DNA of 64,000 nucleotides, from assembly GCF_006345805.1 (NCBI RefSeq), contig NC_043004.1:106020001-106084000 (forward strand), given 5' to 3'. This DNA comes from Octopus sinensis. Its lineage: Eukaryota. Below, one piece after another: positions 51,601 to 64,000 of the stretch. The translations under genes and the position numbers were made by a program. The notes under the pieces are model-generated. The model saw nothing but the letters and a program-made list of their open reading frames with translations. It ran no database searches and was not told the DNA's origin. Each line of letters opens with the position of its first letter. The first letter of the stretch is position 1.

Positions 51601-51911
51601 TTTTAGGAATTCTATTTCTGTCATCCATCTACATAACATACGTATTTAATATGCCTCTTAATACATAACATCCTAATTACTTATTCAAAATTCTCTTTGA
51701 ACAAATTCATTATGAGGTTTTGTAAACAAATGAGTTTGAAATAAGTATTGAATTCCAAAGATTGTTTCTTTAAAGGATCAATTTGAATGACAAGTGTAAT
51801 GTTCTATGTTTAACTTAATTTAGAATTGGAGAGGTTATGAAAGATATATTCTCTTCAGAGTGGGTAAAGTTGCAAAGGTTATGATGGTTTTTGACTGGGA
51901 AAACTTGGTGC

Positions 51912-52107
51912 TTAACCTTTTAGCATTTAAACAGGCCCAGATATTCTGCTTGTTTTCTGCTCAAATTGGCCAGATCTGGCTTCTCCCATCTACCCTACAA
52001 TGCTATTCTAAAAATAAATAATCACACCATCTAAATCTAGAAGCTAAAAGATAATACATAATTAATTCGGAACATTTGACTGAGTAATTTGAATGCTAAT
52101 GGGTTAA
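51912..52107. mobile_element. TTAA-flanked (piggyBac-like) MITE
   Basis: ttaa|ccttttagcatt...aatgctaatggg|ttaa. Confidence 0.82.
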
Positions 52108-52840
52108 ATATTGGCATAAGACCACAAGCTGAGAAAGGAACTTAACTGGGCTTTCATTCCAGTACCTGATGCCAATTATTTTATTGATCTCTGAAAGACA
52201 AAAGGTAACAGTGACTTCTGTGGAATTTGGATTCAAAATGTAAAGGAACATAAATCAAGAACGCAAGGCATTCTGTTCATCACTCTATCATTTCAGCTAA
52301 TCTACTGCCTTCTACCTAAAGAAAATGAAAGCTACTATGTGGAGAAGTGATGCAGATGAGACTTTAAATAATAAGGATTCTTTAAAGTTGTATGCAATGT
52401 TTAGAATCATAGGGACTACAATAAACTGGTTCCTACAGGTTTTCAATGTTCAGTGTTGTTTAATAAGGATTGTATTCAGGACCAGATTGTTTTTCTGTTT
52501 TAAGCCAAAACTTTGTTACAGCTATGTAAGATCTTCATTCTGGTGTTTTTTCTACAGCTAGAGTCAATATAATATATTCCTATGATGTCCTGGAAACAAC
52601 TGTAAAATGACTATTTGTTTGTTGTAACAGTCATTATTATAAAACTGACTGATTGGAAGATAGCCAAATGTTTCGTGACAGTTTTAATTTTCAGTTGGAA
52701 TCAACCATTTTATTTAATCTATATTGAAAAAATATCTTTGGACAAGGCACGATTATCACAGCCTTATGTTTTTTTCATTTAATATTCTCACATTTCAAGA
52801 CAATTAATATATCATGTTTTTTCTTTTTTCTGTTCATCAG

Positions 52841-52879
52841 GTGATGACTACATGCACACCGACAGGAGGTATACGAGAG
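52841..52879 (+). CDS. 39-nt frame-preserving micro-exon (VMTTCTPTGGIRE or GDDYMHTDRRYTR)
   Basis: Very strong acceptor ttttttcttttttctgttcatcag and donor GAG|gtaagt; GC-richer than flanks. Confidence 0.6.
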
Positions 52880-55498
52880 GTAAGTGTCTTTATTAATTCA
52901 TTATAGGTAATCCTATACAACATCATCAAACAGAATATAAACATATATGAAAGACAAAAGGATTTATGTTACATGGAGTCGAGCTTATTTTCCAATATCA
53001 TATGATAATGAACTTATTGTATACAGTGCTCAGGTGCACTACAACTCATCAGAAAAAGTAACCAAAAGTGCATCAACTGTATATAGAATAATGCACAGGA
53101 AGTAAACAGTGAATGAGTCATTTAAACATCAGAGGGGTGGTTTCAGCTGTACTCTTTGCAAATTTTAGGAAGCATAGAAATTCTGAAGGATGTATAATAT
53201 AGTACTTTGTATTATTTTTAAAATGATATTTACCTGTTATCAACAGTCATTTTTTTATTATTTACTTAATAAACTATTGCAATGATGAGACAGGTGTAAT
53301 ACTTGATCAGTGAACTTTTGAATTGGCTATCAATACCTCACAGAGAAGGGAAAAGGCAAGGAACTGAGTGATTGTTTAATAGTATATTAACTAATTCTTT
53401 TGTGAGTCAAAATTTTAAAATTGGTTGTGAATAACAGGAAAGTATCCTAAAAGCTCTTCACTCAAAACTTTTGTGTGTTGAAATGCAAGTATACATTTTA
53501 ATATATTTTATAATAATTTCCTCATTTTTAGAAGGGGTTTCATTGTTCTGTAAATTTAGAAATTAGCATGAATTGTTAGTGCAATTGTAGCTACTATTGA
53601 GCAAGCAGACCTATTTCCCTCTGAGAGGAACCATGCCATGGAACGATAAGCTAGACAAGTCATTCATTCAGTACTTTAGATCAATATTTCTTAAGTTAGA
53701 CTACTTGCTCACTGGTGGGGTTTGGCAATATTTTAGTGGGGCATGGATTACTTCAGAATGGGGTTTTAAGTAACAAGTGAATAAAACTTGCAATAGCATT
53801 TTAATTAAAACTTCATTTAAATATAATGAAATGTATTTACTTGTGTACAAGTCATACACAAGCCTAAGTTGCACCTCTGATTTAGTGTTAAATCTTGGTA
53901 TGAAATTTTTTCTCGTCACAGTCTTAGCATTGCTCCGTGTATAGTTCATACCCCAGTTTTTCTGTTAAAAATCATGAAAAGAATAATGCAACTTTTACAT
54001 GAATAAATATTCTATGTGCTAGATACTAACTCTGTCTGTTGAGGGTGGGTTGCATGATTTTTTTGGAAAACTATAATGGGACCTAATGCAAATAATGATG
54101 TGAAACACTTGTTTAAGATTAATGATGGAGTACATTCTACGATGTACACATCATGACTGCAATCTACGATTGCAATAAATTACCAAGTGTTGTCATGGTA
54201 TGTTATGTGAGATGCTGTGTGTTTAACAGGATATAATTGTGTGAGATTATGCTGTGTGCTAAGTCAAGGTGTGTTATGTGAGATATACTCTGACAGTTAA
54301 GGTTATGTGTGTGAGATGCAGTTGTTATTCATGCTATTTTGAATCATCATCATCATCATCACCACAACCACCACCAGCACCACTACCATCATCATCATCA
54401 CCAGCACCACAACCACCACCAGCACCACTACCATCATCATCATCGTCATCACCAACAACCATCCCCACCATCATCATCATCATCAGTGTCATCATTAACA
54501 TCCTCTACTGGTTAACAGATTTGGTCTGGGTTGTTCTCACTGGTTTTAGCAGCTTTGGAAAGATAAAATACAAAGGGAACCATTACCTTCTGAGTGTTAA
54601 TCCTGCCCATGTAAGTGCACCTCCATATGTAATATGCTGTGCTATACCATACCATGGGCCCTTAACATTTTGATAGTGTTTTATGGATGCTGTCATATGT
54701 AGAATATCTTGGACATTAAATGGTGATGGAGGAAACAAGACGCTTGTTTAAAATCATTTTCTTCACAACCTTGTTACCAAGTTGGTGGCCAGTCAAAATT
54801 TATTCTAAATTGAAAAGAGAAAAGAAAACATAGATAGATAGATACGTACATACATACATAAATACATACATGCATACATGCATACACATACATATATGAT
54901 AGGCTTCCACATAGTTTCCATTAGCTAATTTATGCTTGCAAAGCATTAGTTGGCCCAGAGCTATAGAAGACACTTGCCCAAGGTGCCAATCAGTAGAACT
55001 GAACCTGAGACCACATGTTTGCAAAGCAAACTCAAGAACACATGTATGTTTGTGCCGTTACCAGAAATAGGAGAAGAAATTACTCAATACTTATGTTAGT
55101 TAGATCATATATATATATATATTTATGTATATACATATATGTATATATGTATATATATATACATATGTATATACACACACACACACACGCACATGTATAT
55201 ATATAGATACGTATGTCTGTCTGTATGTATGTATGTATGTATGTATAAACATATACATGTCCATATATACATACACACACACAAATACATATATATATAG
55301 AGAGAGAATGACATAGATATAGATCTGGCAGTGACTATATTACATGGGCAAGGCTGAATCAGGATTTGTTCTTGGTCTAAACTATTGGACAAGTCCATAA
55401 GTGCTAGAATTGTCGTTTAGTTTTTATTTTTTTTTGTTAATGTATCACTACTAATATATGTAACTAATACAGCATAAATAACATGCTCTATCTGTTAA

Positions 55499-55529
<31 letters not shown>

Positions 55530-56575
55530 GTTTCTTCTCTTTTAATGCTGAGAGTTTTACAAGGTTCTATCTAGTCTCATTCTACTCTTTTAACTTCTCA
55601 CTTCCATTGCTAAAATTATTACACAATCAATAAAAACATCTTATTTTTTTCCCTAACAGGAAAAGCATTACAAATATTTCAAATTCATTATAATTAAATT
55701 GAAATTCAATCTTTTATGTAAACAAAACTAAAACTGAAATGAACGTTGCACCATAAAATGCTAAAGGGTTCAACCTACTAGAAATAGAAACCAAAGCTTA
55801 CACCAATCACACATAACTTAAAAATAGGAAAACATATTAGATAATGGTAGTCTTAGGTACCTTGTCTAGGGGAAAAACAGAGAGCATGGTCACAGCTGGA
55901 GTGATTTTAATCATGGGTCTGCTCAAGAAAGGTTGCTTTGGATCCATACAACTAAGAGCAAAATTACTTCCCAACATAGTCACTCAGAGTGTTAGAACTA
56001 GCAGCTAAATCTCCCACAAAGTACACCCTGTCATATTGTAAAATGACAGACACATTATGTAATCTAATCCTTGCTATATCTGAAAAGAAAAAACAGCAAA
56101 AAAAAACATAAATAAAATAGACAGCTTGGATCTCTTTGACTACAGAACTGGATCAAGGCCTACCTTATCCTAAACTATAATTATAGCTACAACTGTTTCT
56201 TTTTTATTTTTTTTTTTTGCTTTTCTTTTAGTTATTCTGCTATGTGATTATTGTTAATTCTTACAAAATAGAAATATTTTTTAGGGTGGAAAATTGTATT
56301 TTAGCTGATTGTTCTGTCTGCAATTAAACACTCATCTGTGAAATAGGGAGCGGAACTTTGTTTTGATGTCATTATCATCATCATCATCATCATGAAAAAA
56401 TAATTCACCAAGATTAATTACTCAGATATGCCACTGACATGAAAACTAATAATTAAATTAGTGTTAACATAATTAATGTAGTGGTGAACACAAAGAATAT
56501 AATTAAAAATGTTTACATGGTGAAAATATAATTAAAAAAAAAGACAAAATTAGATCAAGAAGAAATATTTTTTAA

Positions 56576-56658
56576 TCATTGTGCTAGAATGGGAGGTAAC
56601 TTCAGACATGTTTCAGTGTTAGTAGACCTTCTCAGTGAAACAGACATTACTGTGTCTT
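56576..56658 (-). CDS. Candidate terminal exon EDTVMSVSLRRSTNTETCLKLPPILAQ*
   Basis: Acceptor ttttcttattagtatttcag; open to TGA; an upstream alternative acceptor lies in the same frame. Confidence 0.25.
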
Positions 56659-57302
56659 CTGAAATACTAATAAGAAAATCACTAAATAGATACAATACTG
56701 TAAATAAGTAAACAAGGAAAATTAGTATATTAACTGAGAGAAAGAAATTAATTAGAAATAGACTTGGCAAAGTGGTTAAGTAGCTCACGGGATAACCAGA
56801 TAGTTTTGGTTTACTGTAGCTGTGGGTTGACCAGTGCCTTGTGAATAGATTTGGTAGACTGAAGCTGAGAGATGTTCATTGTACATATGAATGTGTGTGT
56901 GAATGTATATTTTCCTAGGCCATAAAAGCTATAAATACTTTTTACTCTTTTTGTGTGTATATGTATATATATATATATGTTCTTTGGCCGAACAATTGTT
57001 GGACAATTGTTATGCTGTTGATGTCTGTTTGTCAGAAACATCTGCCCACAACTGTCCTCCTCTTATCTCCAGACAAAAAACCTGTCCTTTTTTTTTTTTC
57101 TTAATTGACTGTCAACCTTGAAGAATTCTTGATTCTTGTGATTATCTCCCTTGGTCATGTGATGCTCATTTCACTTGCCATTTAGTGACTGCAAAACATC
57201 ATCTACAGGTGAAGATAGTTTTAATAAATCAAGAATTTATGTTGTATGATATTTGATATACCAGTATGTATGTATGTATGTATGTATGTATGTATGTATG
57301 TA

Positions 57303-57380
<78 letters not shown>

Positions 57381-57744
57381 CATGCATGTATTGAAACTCA
57401 TTTTGACACTGTGGAAGCTAGAACAGTTTTTGCTGTGATGACTTATTGAAAACAGGAAGAGTAGTGTCTCTGATCTTTTTGCATGGCCTCCAAGACTGGT
57501 GAAAGGAAAGGGGGAAAAACCTTGATGTATTCACCCTGGGGACCTGGTTCATATTGTTACAAGAGAATGGACCTTGATAAAGACACCCAAGAGCCAGATG
57601 GGAGTGTTAAGCTGAGTGCCAATTAAGTTTATCATTGAAGAACTCTGAAGAATTACTTTCCATCTAACTGAATATTTATTTTGTGATCTTTAGTAAAAGA
57701 GTGAATGGCACAACATGCTAATTCCTTTCTTCCATTCCACATTC

Positions 57745-57973
57745 TTAACCCTTTTAATACTAACCCACACAAAACAGCCTCTGGTTCTTTGATGCAAACT
57801 TCATGTTTTAAAATTATCTAAATTAAAATCCTTCATCAAAATTCTGAGTTAATTTACATGCCAAATAAAAAGCTTAAGAAAGAAAGCTATTTTAATATGT
57901 TATTAATTATTTTTAAAATTAAGTGAAACAAAAGCTGCCTATTTCGAAAGAAATAGGGTAACGAAAGGGTTGA
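57745..57973. mobile_element. Second TTAA-type MITE family
   Basis: ttaa|ccctttt...aaaggg|ttga; related partial copy at ~60250-60395. Confidence 0.65.
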
Positions 57974-58498
57974 AGTCGAAGGGAGATAATCACCTATTGA
58001 TGGATATCTCTAGTTGTGATTAGACAACTTGGAAAAAATACCAGCCATTTGATATTTAAGTATTTATTTAACCTGTATGTATGAATGTGTGTTTATATTT
58101 GAGTGTGTTTGTATGTGAAATATGCTGGTGAGTATGTATGTGTTATTTTCTCACTTCTGTAAAGAAACACGTTCTTCTCTCTACATATCTACCTACCAGT
58201 CTACATATAGAGCCAGGCAAGCAGGTAATTAGCAAGGCATGTCATGCCCCAGCAGTAACTTATAGCATCTTGTGTGTGATGCTTTCATTTACGTTTTAAC
58301 CTATATTTTTTTGTTTTTGTCATCTTCTGAAAAACTGCGATGTTCTGATAGCACCAAACATAGCAATGCAGTAGTTAGTGTTGCGTTTATGATTGTGTAT
58401 GGGTGTATGTATTGTATACACATGTATATGTATGTATGTGTGTATACATACATACATATACATACACACATATATATACATGCCTGCGCATATATATA

Positions 58499-58530
<32 letters not shown>

Positions 58531-58872
58531 CACACATGTATATATATATATATATATATATTCATATATAAATATTATAAATGAATGTATGCAAATGTGT
58601 ATATACATACATATGTATATGTCTGCTGAGATGATTTGAAAACACGACACCTAATAACCTAATGCTATATCTTTTCTACACGTTTGATGAGATTTTGCCT
58701 AACACAATGATTTAATTATCGTTATTTAATCTCTTAGGCTAAATTGAAACAGCTGTAAGAGAATATGTTGGAATTTTGCAGATAATAAATTATATTAATG
58801 CTACATCTCCATTTTCTAGATTATATATATATATATTAGATATTTGGAATGGAAGCAGCATTAGTATAGGTA

Positions 58873-59295
58873 CAGGCATGGCTATATGGTAAAAAGTTTG
58901 CTTATATGGTTCCAGGTTCAGACCCACTGCAAGGCACCTTGGGCCCCAGGCCAACAAAAGCTCAGTGCATGGATTTGGTAGAGAGACACCAAAAGAAACC
59001 TATTGTATATATATCTTTATATGTGTGTCCATGAATGTGTGTTTGTCTCCTTGTCTTGACATCACATGATTGTTGTAAATGATTGTCACAATCATGCAAG
59101 CAGTGTCATTCATTTCTAATTTTGTATGAGAACATGTCTGGTCATGGGGAAATATTACCTTGCTAGGAAGCAGGTGAGGGTTGGTGACAGGAAGGGCATC
59201 CAACTATAGAAAATCTGCCTAAATAAATTCTGTCCGACTCATGCAAGTACAGAAAAGTGGATGCTAAAATGATCATGATGATGATAATGATGGTA
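58873..59295 (+). mobile_element. Family A head joined to RTE-type (GAT)n tail
   Basis: catggctatatgg...ggttcagaccc head; after a TA/TG stretch, gtttgtctccttgtcttgacatc...ggaagggcatcc...gatgatgat. Confidence 0.75.
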
Positions 59296-59851
59296 TCAAC
59301 TCTTTATTCATAGTTAAGAATTTCTTTATTTTTTAATTATATCAAAATACCAACATCTTCTATTCATTTTATTAATAGATCTTTACTAAATGGCTAAGTC
59401 CATCTATTCAAATTCAACACACCAATTTATATACAGAAGCACTCATGTATTAAACAGGTTTCCACACAATTTTCTGTCCTCCCTAATATGACTTTCAAAG
59501 CATTGATCAAAGCATTCATCCCACTGTGTGATCAAAGACATCAATAACTACATTCTGTGCAAATGAACGATAAAGGGATTTCTCAAGCTATTGATGAATC
59601 ATTAGAGATACCTGACAAATCTCTGTAGCAGGTGATCACACAGGCTAAGTTGGAAGTGAAAGAAGACCTACTTCAGCGAACAGCATGTGTGGAAGAACTA
59701 CAGGCAAAAATATTTCCAAAGAGGTGGAGAAAAACATTGACCTAGAACAATCTGGTTAGGAATTGTGTAAATTGCATCAACCTTTTGATACCAGCTCACC
59801 TGTGACTGACTCTGGTTCTATGATAGAAATTTATTTTGTTAAAATGATCTA

Positions 59852-60232
59852 GGCGCAGGAGTGGCTGTGTGGTAAGTAGCTTGCTTACCAACCACATGGT
59901 TCTGGGTTCAGTCCCACTGCATGGCACTTTGGACAAGTGTCTTCTACTATAGCCTCGGGCCAACTAAAGCCTTGTGAGTGGATCTGGTAGGCAGAAACTG
60001 AAAGAAGCCCATCGTATATATATGTGTGTGTATGTTTGTGTGTCTGTGCCCCCAACATTGCTTGACAACCGATGCTGGTGTGTTTATGTCCCTGCCACTT
60101 AGCGGTTCGGCAAGAGAGGCTGATAGAATAAGTACTAGGCTTACAAAGAATAAGTCCTGGGGTTGATTTGCTTGACTGAAGGCGGTGCTCCAGCATGGCC
60201 ACAGTCAAATGACTGAAACAAATAAAAGTAAA
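59852..60232 (+). mobile_element. SINE family A, full length
   Basis: ggcgcaggagtggctgtgtggtaag...gactgaaacaaataaaag. Confidence 0.92.
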
Positions 60233-60419
60233 AAAAGAAAAAGAATAAATAAAAACTCTACATCAAAATTTCATGTTAATGTTCCAAGCACCAGCTTAAA
60301 AATGACAAAGTTATTTTACAAAATTCTTCATTCTCTTTAAATTCAATTGAAACAAAGACAGTGTATTTTAAATGAAATATGGTAATGAAAGGGCTAGATC
60401 TAGTGATAGAAAAACTGTG

Positions 60420-61400
60420 TGTTGGTACAGGAAACAGTTTTGAATATGTCTACAATGCTTGCGACGGTATTGGTGATAGAAATACTTAGAATGTTTCGCT
60501 GCATCATTCATCAATAAGTTTTTTGTAGAAAACATTATATCTATTATATCCGATAGATATCAGCAGTGAATTTTATTCAATTGCATACACTCAAACATCA
60601 CAAGTTTGAACTATTTTTTGAAAGGAACAGAAGCTGAATACAAGCATTTGCCGTGTGATAACTGAGTTGCAGTAATTTTATCTCACAAATTTTTGAACTT
60701 CAGATGGAGATTGATATATTTAGAATGAGAAAAATTTTGCTCAGCGACTACTTGCAAATGGTGAATAGTTGTGGAAATTAATATAATTGTCTGACTTAAT
60801 GATACATCCTAACGAGTTCGGTCTAAGATTACAAGGTGATTTCTAAGCTTATATGGAACATATGCTCCACCGTGAAAGCTTTTCACCATAAGCTTTTTTC
60901 ACTCCTTGTTGTTGATAAATAACTTCAACCACTTATGCTGCTGGGAAAAAATAGCCAAAAATGTAAATTCTTGATTTCTTTTCAAATTTACACAAGATAT
61001 TCTTATAGTCTGAAGTTTCAGCAGCATTTTTCACATCTCAATAAAAATGTCAAGCGTTAAAAAATCTATCAAAATCCATCTAACAACATTAGCAAAAACA
61101 CTTGTGGTTGATCTTAAACTGGAAGTTATTGATCTGCTGTCTACTGCTGTCATATGATGTATTAAAAAAATACAGAAAAGGGAAAACTTGATTAACTTAA
61201 ATAAATGCTTCCCGGATGAAGGATTCATTTCCTTAAAATCCCTTGTTTGGGTATTGCACTTTGGCATTTGACACAAATATTTATGTGATAAAGCAATGTC
61301 AAAGGTCAAGTATCTTAAACCTTTGACTGTGTAATTAAATTTCAAGGTTATTCTCTTAATGATGTTAATTATCCACCAAAAAAAGTAAAACTGATGTTTT
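60420..61400 (+). pseudogene. Decayed hAT transposase (SPIN/Charlie/GTF2IRD2-like) C-terminal half
   Basis: FRCIIHQ*, HTLKHHKFELFLKGTEAEYKHL, FELQMEIDIF*NEK, DLMIHPNEFGLRLQG, STVKAF, YLCDKAMSKVKYLK in collinear order; many stops and frameshifts. Confidence 0.85.
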
Positions 61401-61704
61401 CTGCTTCTGCAATACATTTTCAGTATTTCCTGTGGGTATTGAGACATTATTCATCACAAAAAGTTTTTGATTTTTGCTCTGTAAAGAGATATTTGGTGAA
61501 ATACATGAAAAGAATATTTTCAATCTGAAAATTTGCCTTTCATAAAATGTTTAAATGGTGGGGTCTCCACTTATCACAGCATAAGGAAAGGTTTTAAAAA
61601 AATTTTTTTTTATTACAAAATCTGGTGTAAAACCATTTGTAGAAGTTAATGGCATTAAAACTTTAAGCAAATATATTTGCTTTTCCACATTCAAAAGTTT
61701 AAAC

Positions 61705-62053
61705 CTGTTTGTAGGTTAGTGTTAACTGATCCCCAATTGCAACCAGTTTTGAATCACAATTTAACAAAATTTGTTCCTGAAACAGAATTTTTAAAGTTCT
61801 CATTGACTGATAGATGCCTGATGGTTTTTCACCACGAGGATTTACTTGTTTGATCAAGTGAATTACAATACCTTGTGAATTTAAGAAGCTGAGTACTCCA
61901 TAGTCATAAACAGCCTCAATGTAATTCTCAGACAGAATCAGCATAAAATAATGTGTAACAAAGCAGTACTTTTGAATCAAAGGTATAATTTCATCTAACA
62001 GGTTTCCTCTCTGTTTCTGTTGCTCCAATTTCACTAACAAAGTATTGGTCATC
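61705..62053 (-). CDS. Candidate coding exon of an unidentified minus-strand gene
   Basis: Acceptor ttttctataagtctcag; 116 open codons (MTNTLLVKLEQ...LTLTYKQ) to CAG|gtttaa; alternative short frame DDQYFVSEIGATETERKPVR*. Confidence 0.45.
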
Positions 62054-62076
62054 CTGAGACTTATAGAAAACAACCA

Positions 62077-62440
62077 GGCATAGGAGTGGCTGTGTGGTAA
62101 GTAGCTTTCTCACCAACCACATGGTTCCGGGTTCAGTCCCACAGCGTGGCACTTTGGGCAAGTGTCGTCTAGTATAGCCTTGGGCCGACCAAAGCCTTGT
62201 GAGTGGATTTGGTAGATGGAAACTGAAAGAAGCCCGTCGTACATATATATATATGTTTGTGTGTCTGTGTTTGTTCCTCCCGACATCGCTTGACAACTGA
62301 TGCTGGTGTATTTAGGTCGGCGAAAAAGACCGATAGAATAAGTACTAGGCTTACAAAGAATAAGTCCTGGGGTCAATTTGCTCGACTAAAGGTGGTGCTC
62401 CAGCATGGCCACAGTCAAATGGCTGAAACGAGTAAAAGAG
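62077..62440 (+). mobile_element. SINE family A, full length
   Basis: ggcataggagtggctgtgtgg...ggctgaaacgagtaaaagag. Confidence 0.92.
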
Positions 62441-63967
62441 TATGCCTGAGATTCTACTGTATCTGAACCTGGAACATTGTGCTTGCATAGGTATAGTTCT
62501 TAATCATTCAACCATACTGTACTTTGATGAACAGTATATGGAAGTAGATGTAGGTATATACATGGTTGTGTGGAAAGAAGCTTGCTTCCTAGCCACATGA
62601 TTCGAGGTTCAGTCTCACTGCATGGCTCCTTGGGCAAGTGTCTTCCAATATGGCCCTGGACTGACCAAAGCCTTGTGAATGGACTTGGTAGGCAGAAACT
62701 GAGAGAAACCCATTGTATATATATATGTATATATAAATATATCTATGTGTGTGTGTGTGTGTATGACTTTGTGTCTGTGCTTGTCCCCTCTCACTAGTTG
62801 ATCACATGATCACAATATACATGTACATATATATACACATACATATATATATACATATATACACATGTACATGCACATATGTGTATAAGTAAGAGAGAAT
62901 ATATTGTGTGTGTATATGTGACCAGTTCAATGATAGGTTTGTAAACTTTGGTGACTAAACTTACCTTACTTCATTCATTGTTTGGTGTAAAAGTAAAAAA
63001 AACTAAAATAATAATAAAGAAATCTTGATAATTGTGTGTCTTGGTGACTAATAACAGTCTGTAGTTGATGACCACTGTCCATTTAGTTTAGAAATGACCA
63101 CAGCCTGACTTCATTCAGTGGAAAACACCATCCACAACATTGCCACAAAGAGTGTAAAATGTTATCTGTCTCTCTACTTGCCTACTTGTCTGTCCATAGA
63201 AAAACCCTGCTTCAATAAACTCTCTCCAGACATGCAAGTATAGAAAACTGGACATTAAAAAATAATGATGATGATGGTGGTGGGGTGATGATAATGATGA
63301 AAATCAGATAATTAATTTCTAATGAATTTATACATATGTCTCAGTGAATACAGGCTTTACGTTAGTGAAATATTTCTCACATTTTGTTCCTGACTTTTTG
63401 TCCTTCCATTATCCTGCCATCTGTTCAGTGTCCTATCACAATACAACTTGCTGTGGGATGGTCACTGCTATATCAAAATGACTGCCACAGAATTTCATAA
63501 CTTTGGACAGAAAAATTAGTTTGCCATTCGGATCTACGTTTATATTTACTCAGTGAACTTAATACTGTTGATAAATCTACAACCTTTGGTGTGTGTGTGC
63601 AGTGCACACTTTGGTCATCTGGGTATAAAACCTCTGTTCACAAGGCTTCGGTTGACATAAGGTCATAATAGAAGGCATTTTCTCAAGGTAACTTGTGGTG
63701 ACATTGAACCAGGCCCCTGATGATTACAAAGTGGAATTCTTAAGCATTTGTGCATGCCTGTCTGCAATAAATGTAAATTAACAGGATAAGCACTAATGTG
63801 TATGTGTGTTTGTATGTGTTTGGGGGTCAAGGTAGTGCAACGCTGTGCTGATGGCATTGAGGTAGAAACATGATCACAGCCCTCCTCCCATTTCTTGATC
63901 AAACAGATTATCTTTTCCTTAATAGAATGCTAATTCAGGAGACTGATTGTTGGTTCCTTGAGATTAC

Positions 63968-64000
63968 CTCCTCTTCAAATTCAGAATCAGTTGCAACTTC
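63968..64000 (-). CDS. 3' end of candidate exon at the window edge (EVATDSEFEEE or KLQLILNLKR)
   Basis: GAG|gtaatc donor at 63967; two frames open, each phase-compatible with one reading of the 62053 exon. Confidence 0.3.

Noticed and set aside
53005-53070. Minus-strand CTGATGA in a repeat shared (inverted) with ~48030
   Set aside because: No GAAA box at a suitable distance; treated as an ordinary repeat fragment.
60420-61447. Domesticated GTF2IRD2/ZBED-like gene; minus ORF 61031-61447
   Set aside because: The + frame has many stops and frameshifts; the minus ORF is its antisense shadow.
63330-63960. Short coding-like frames on the minus strand
   Set aside because: Frequent stops; possibly decayed TE, family not identifiable.

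Overview
AT-rich, repeat-saturated eukaryotic DNA. The SINE repertoire matches my recollection of octopus (coleoid cephalopod) genomes; this is inference, with no database search. No complete gene, rRNA, true tRNA or CRISPR array is supportable, and nearly all listed ORFs are microsatellite or repeat artefacts. Most of the window is intronic or intergenic. It holds three tRNA-headed SINE families (called A, B and C here), a SINE family with an RTE-like (GAT)n tail and internal VNTR, decayed CR1-group LINE ends, DNA-transposon remnants (hAT, Tc1, Tigger-like, TTAA/piggyBac-like MITEs, a Helentron-like element), Penelope-like fragments and many microsatellites. Gene evidence is limited to short exon candidates. 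On +: an ATG exon at 20896-20952 and a 39-nt micro-exon at 52841-52879. On -: 63968-64000, 61705-62053, 56576-56658, 21064-21098, ~18384-18488 and 1819-1942. None could be assigned a gene name. The most notable signals are structural RNA. There are five hammerhead-ribozyme-like motifs of three designs (canonical at 26772-26892, a back-to-back divergent pair at 45905-46030, and two variant-core copies at 22537 and 32300), a 600-bp foldback at 47068-47667, a 259-bp hairpin at 24001-24259 and head-to-head SINE pairs. Coordinates were read by hand; repeat boundaries are approximate (about +/-10-20 nt).
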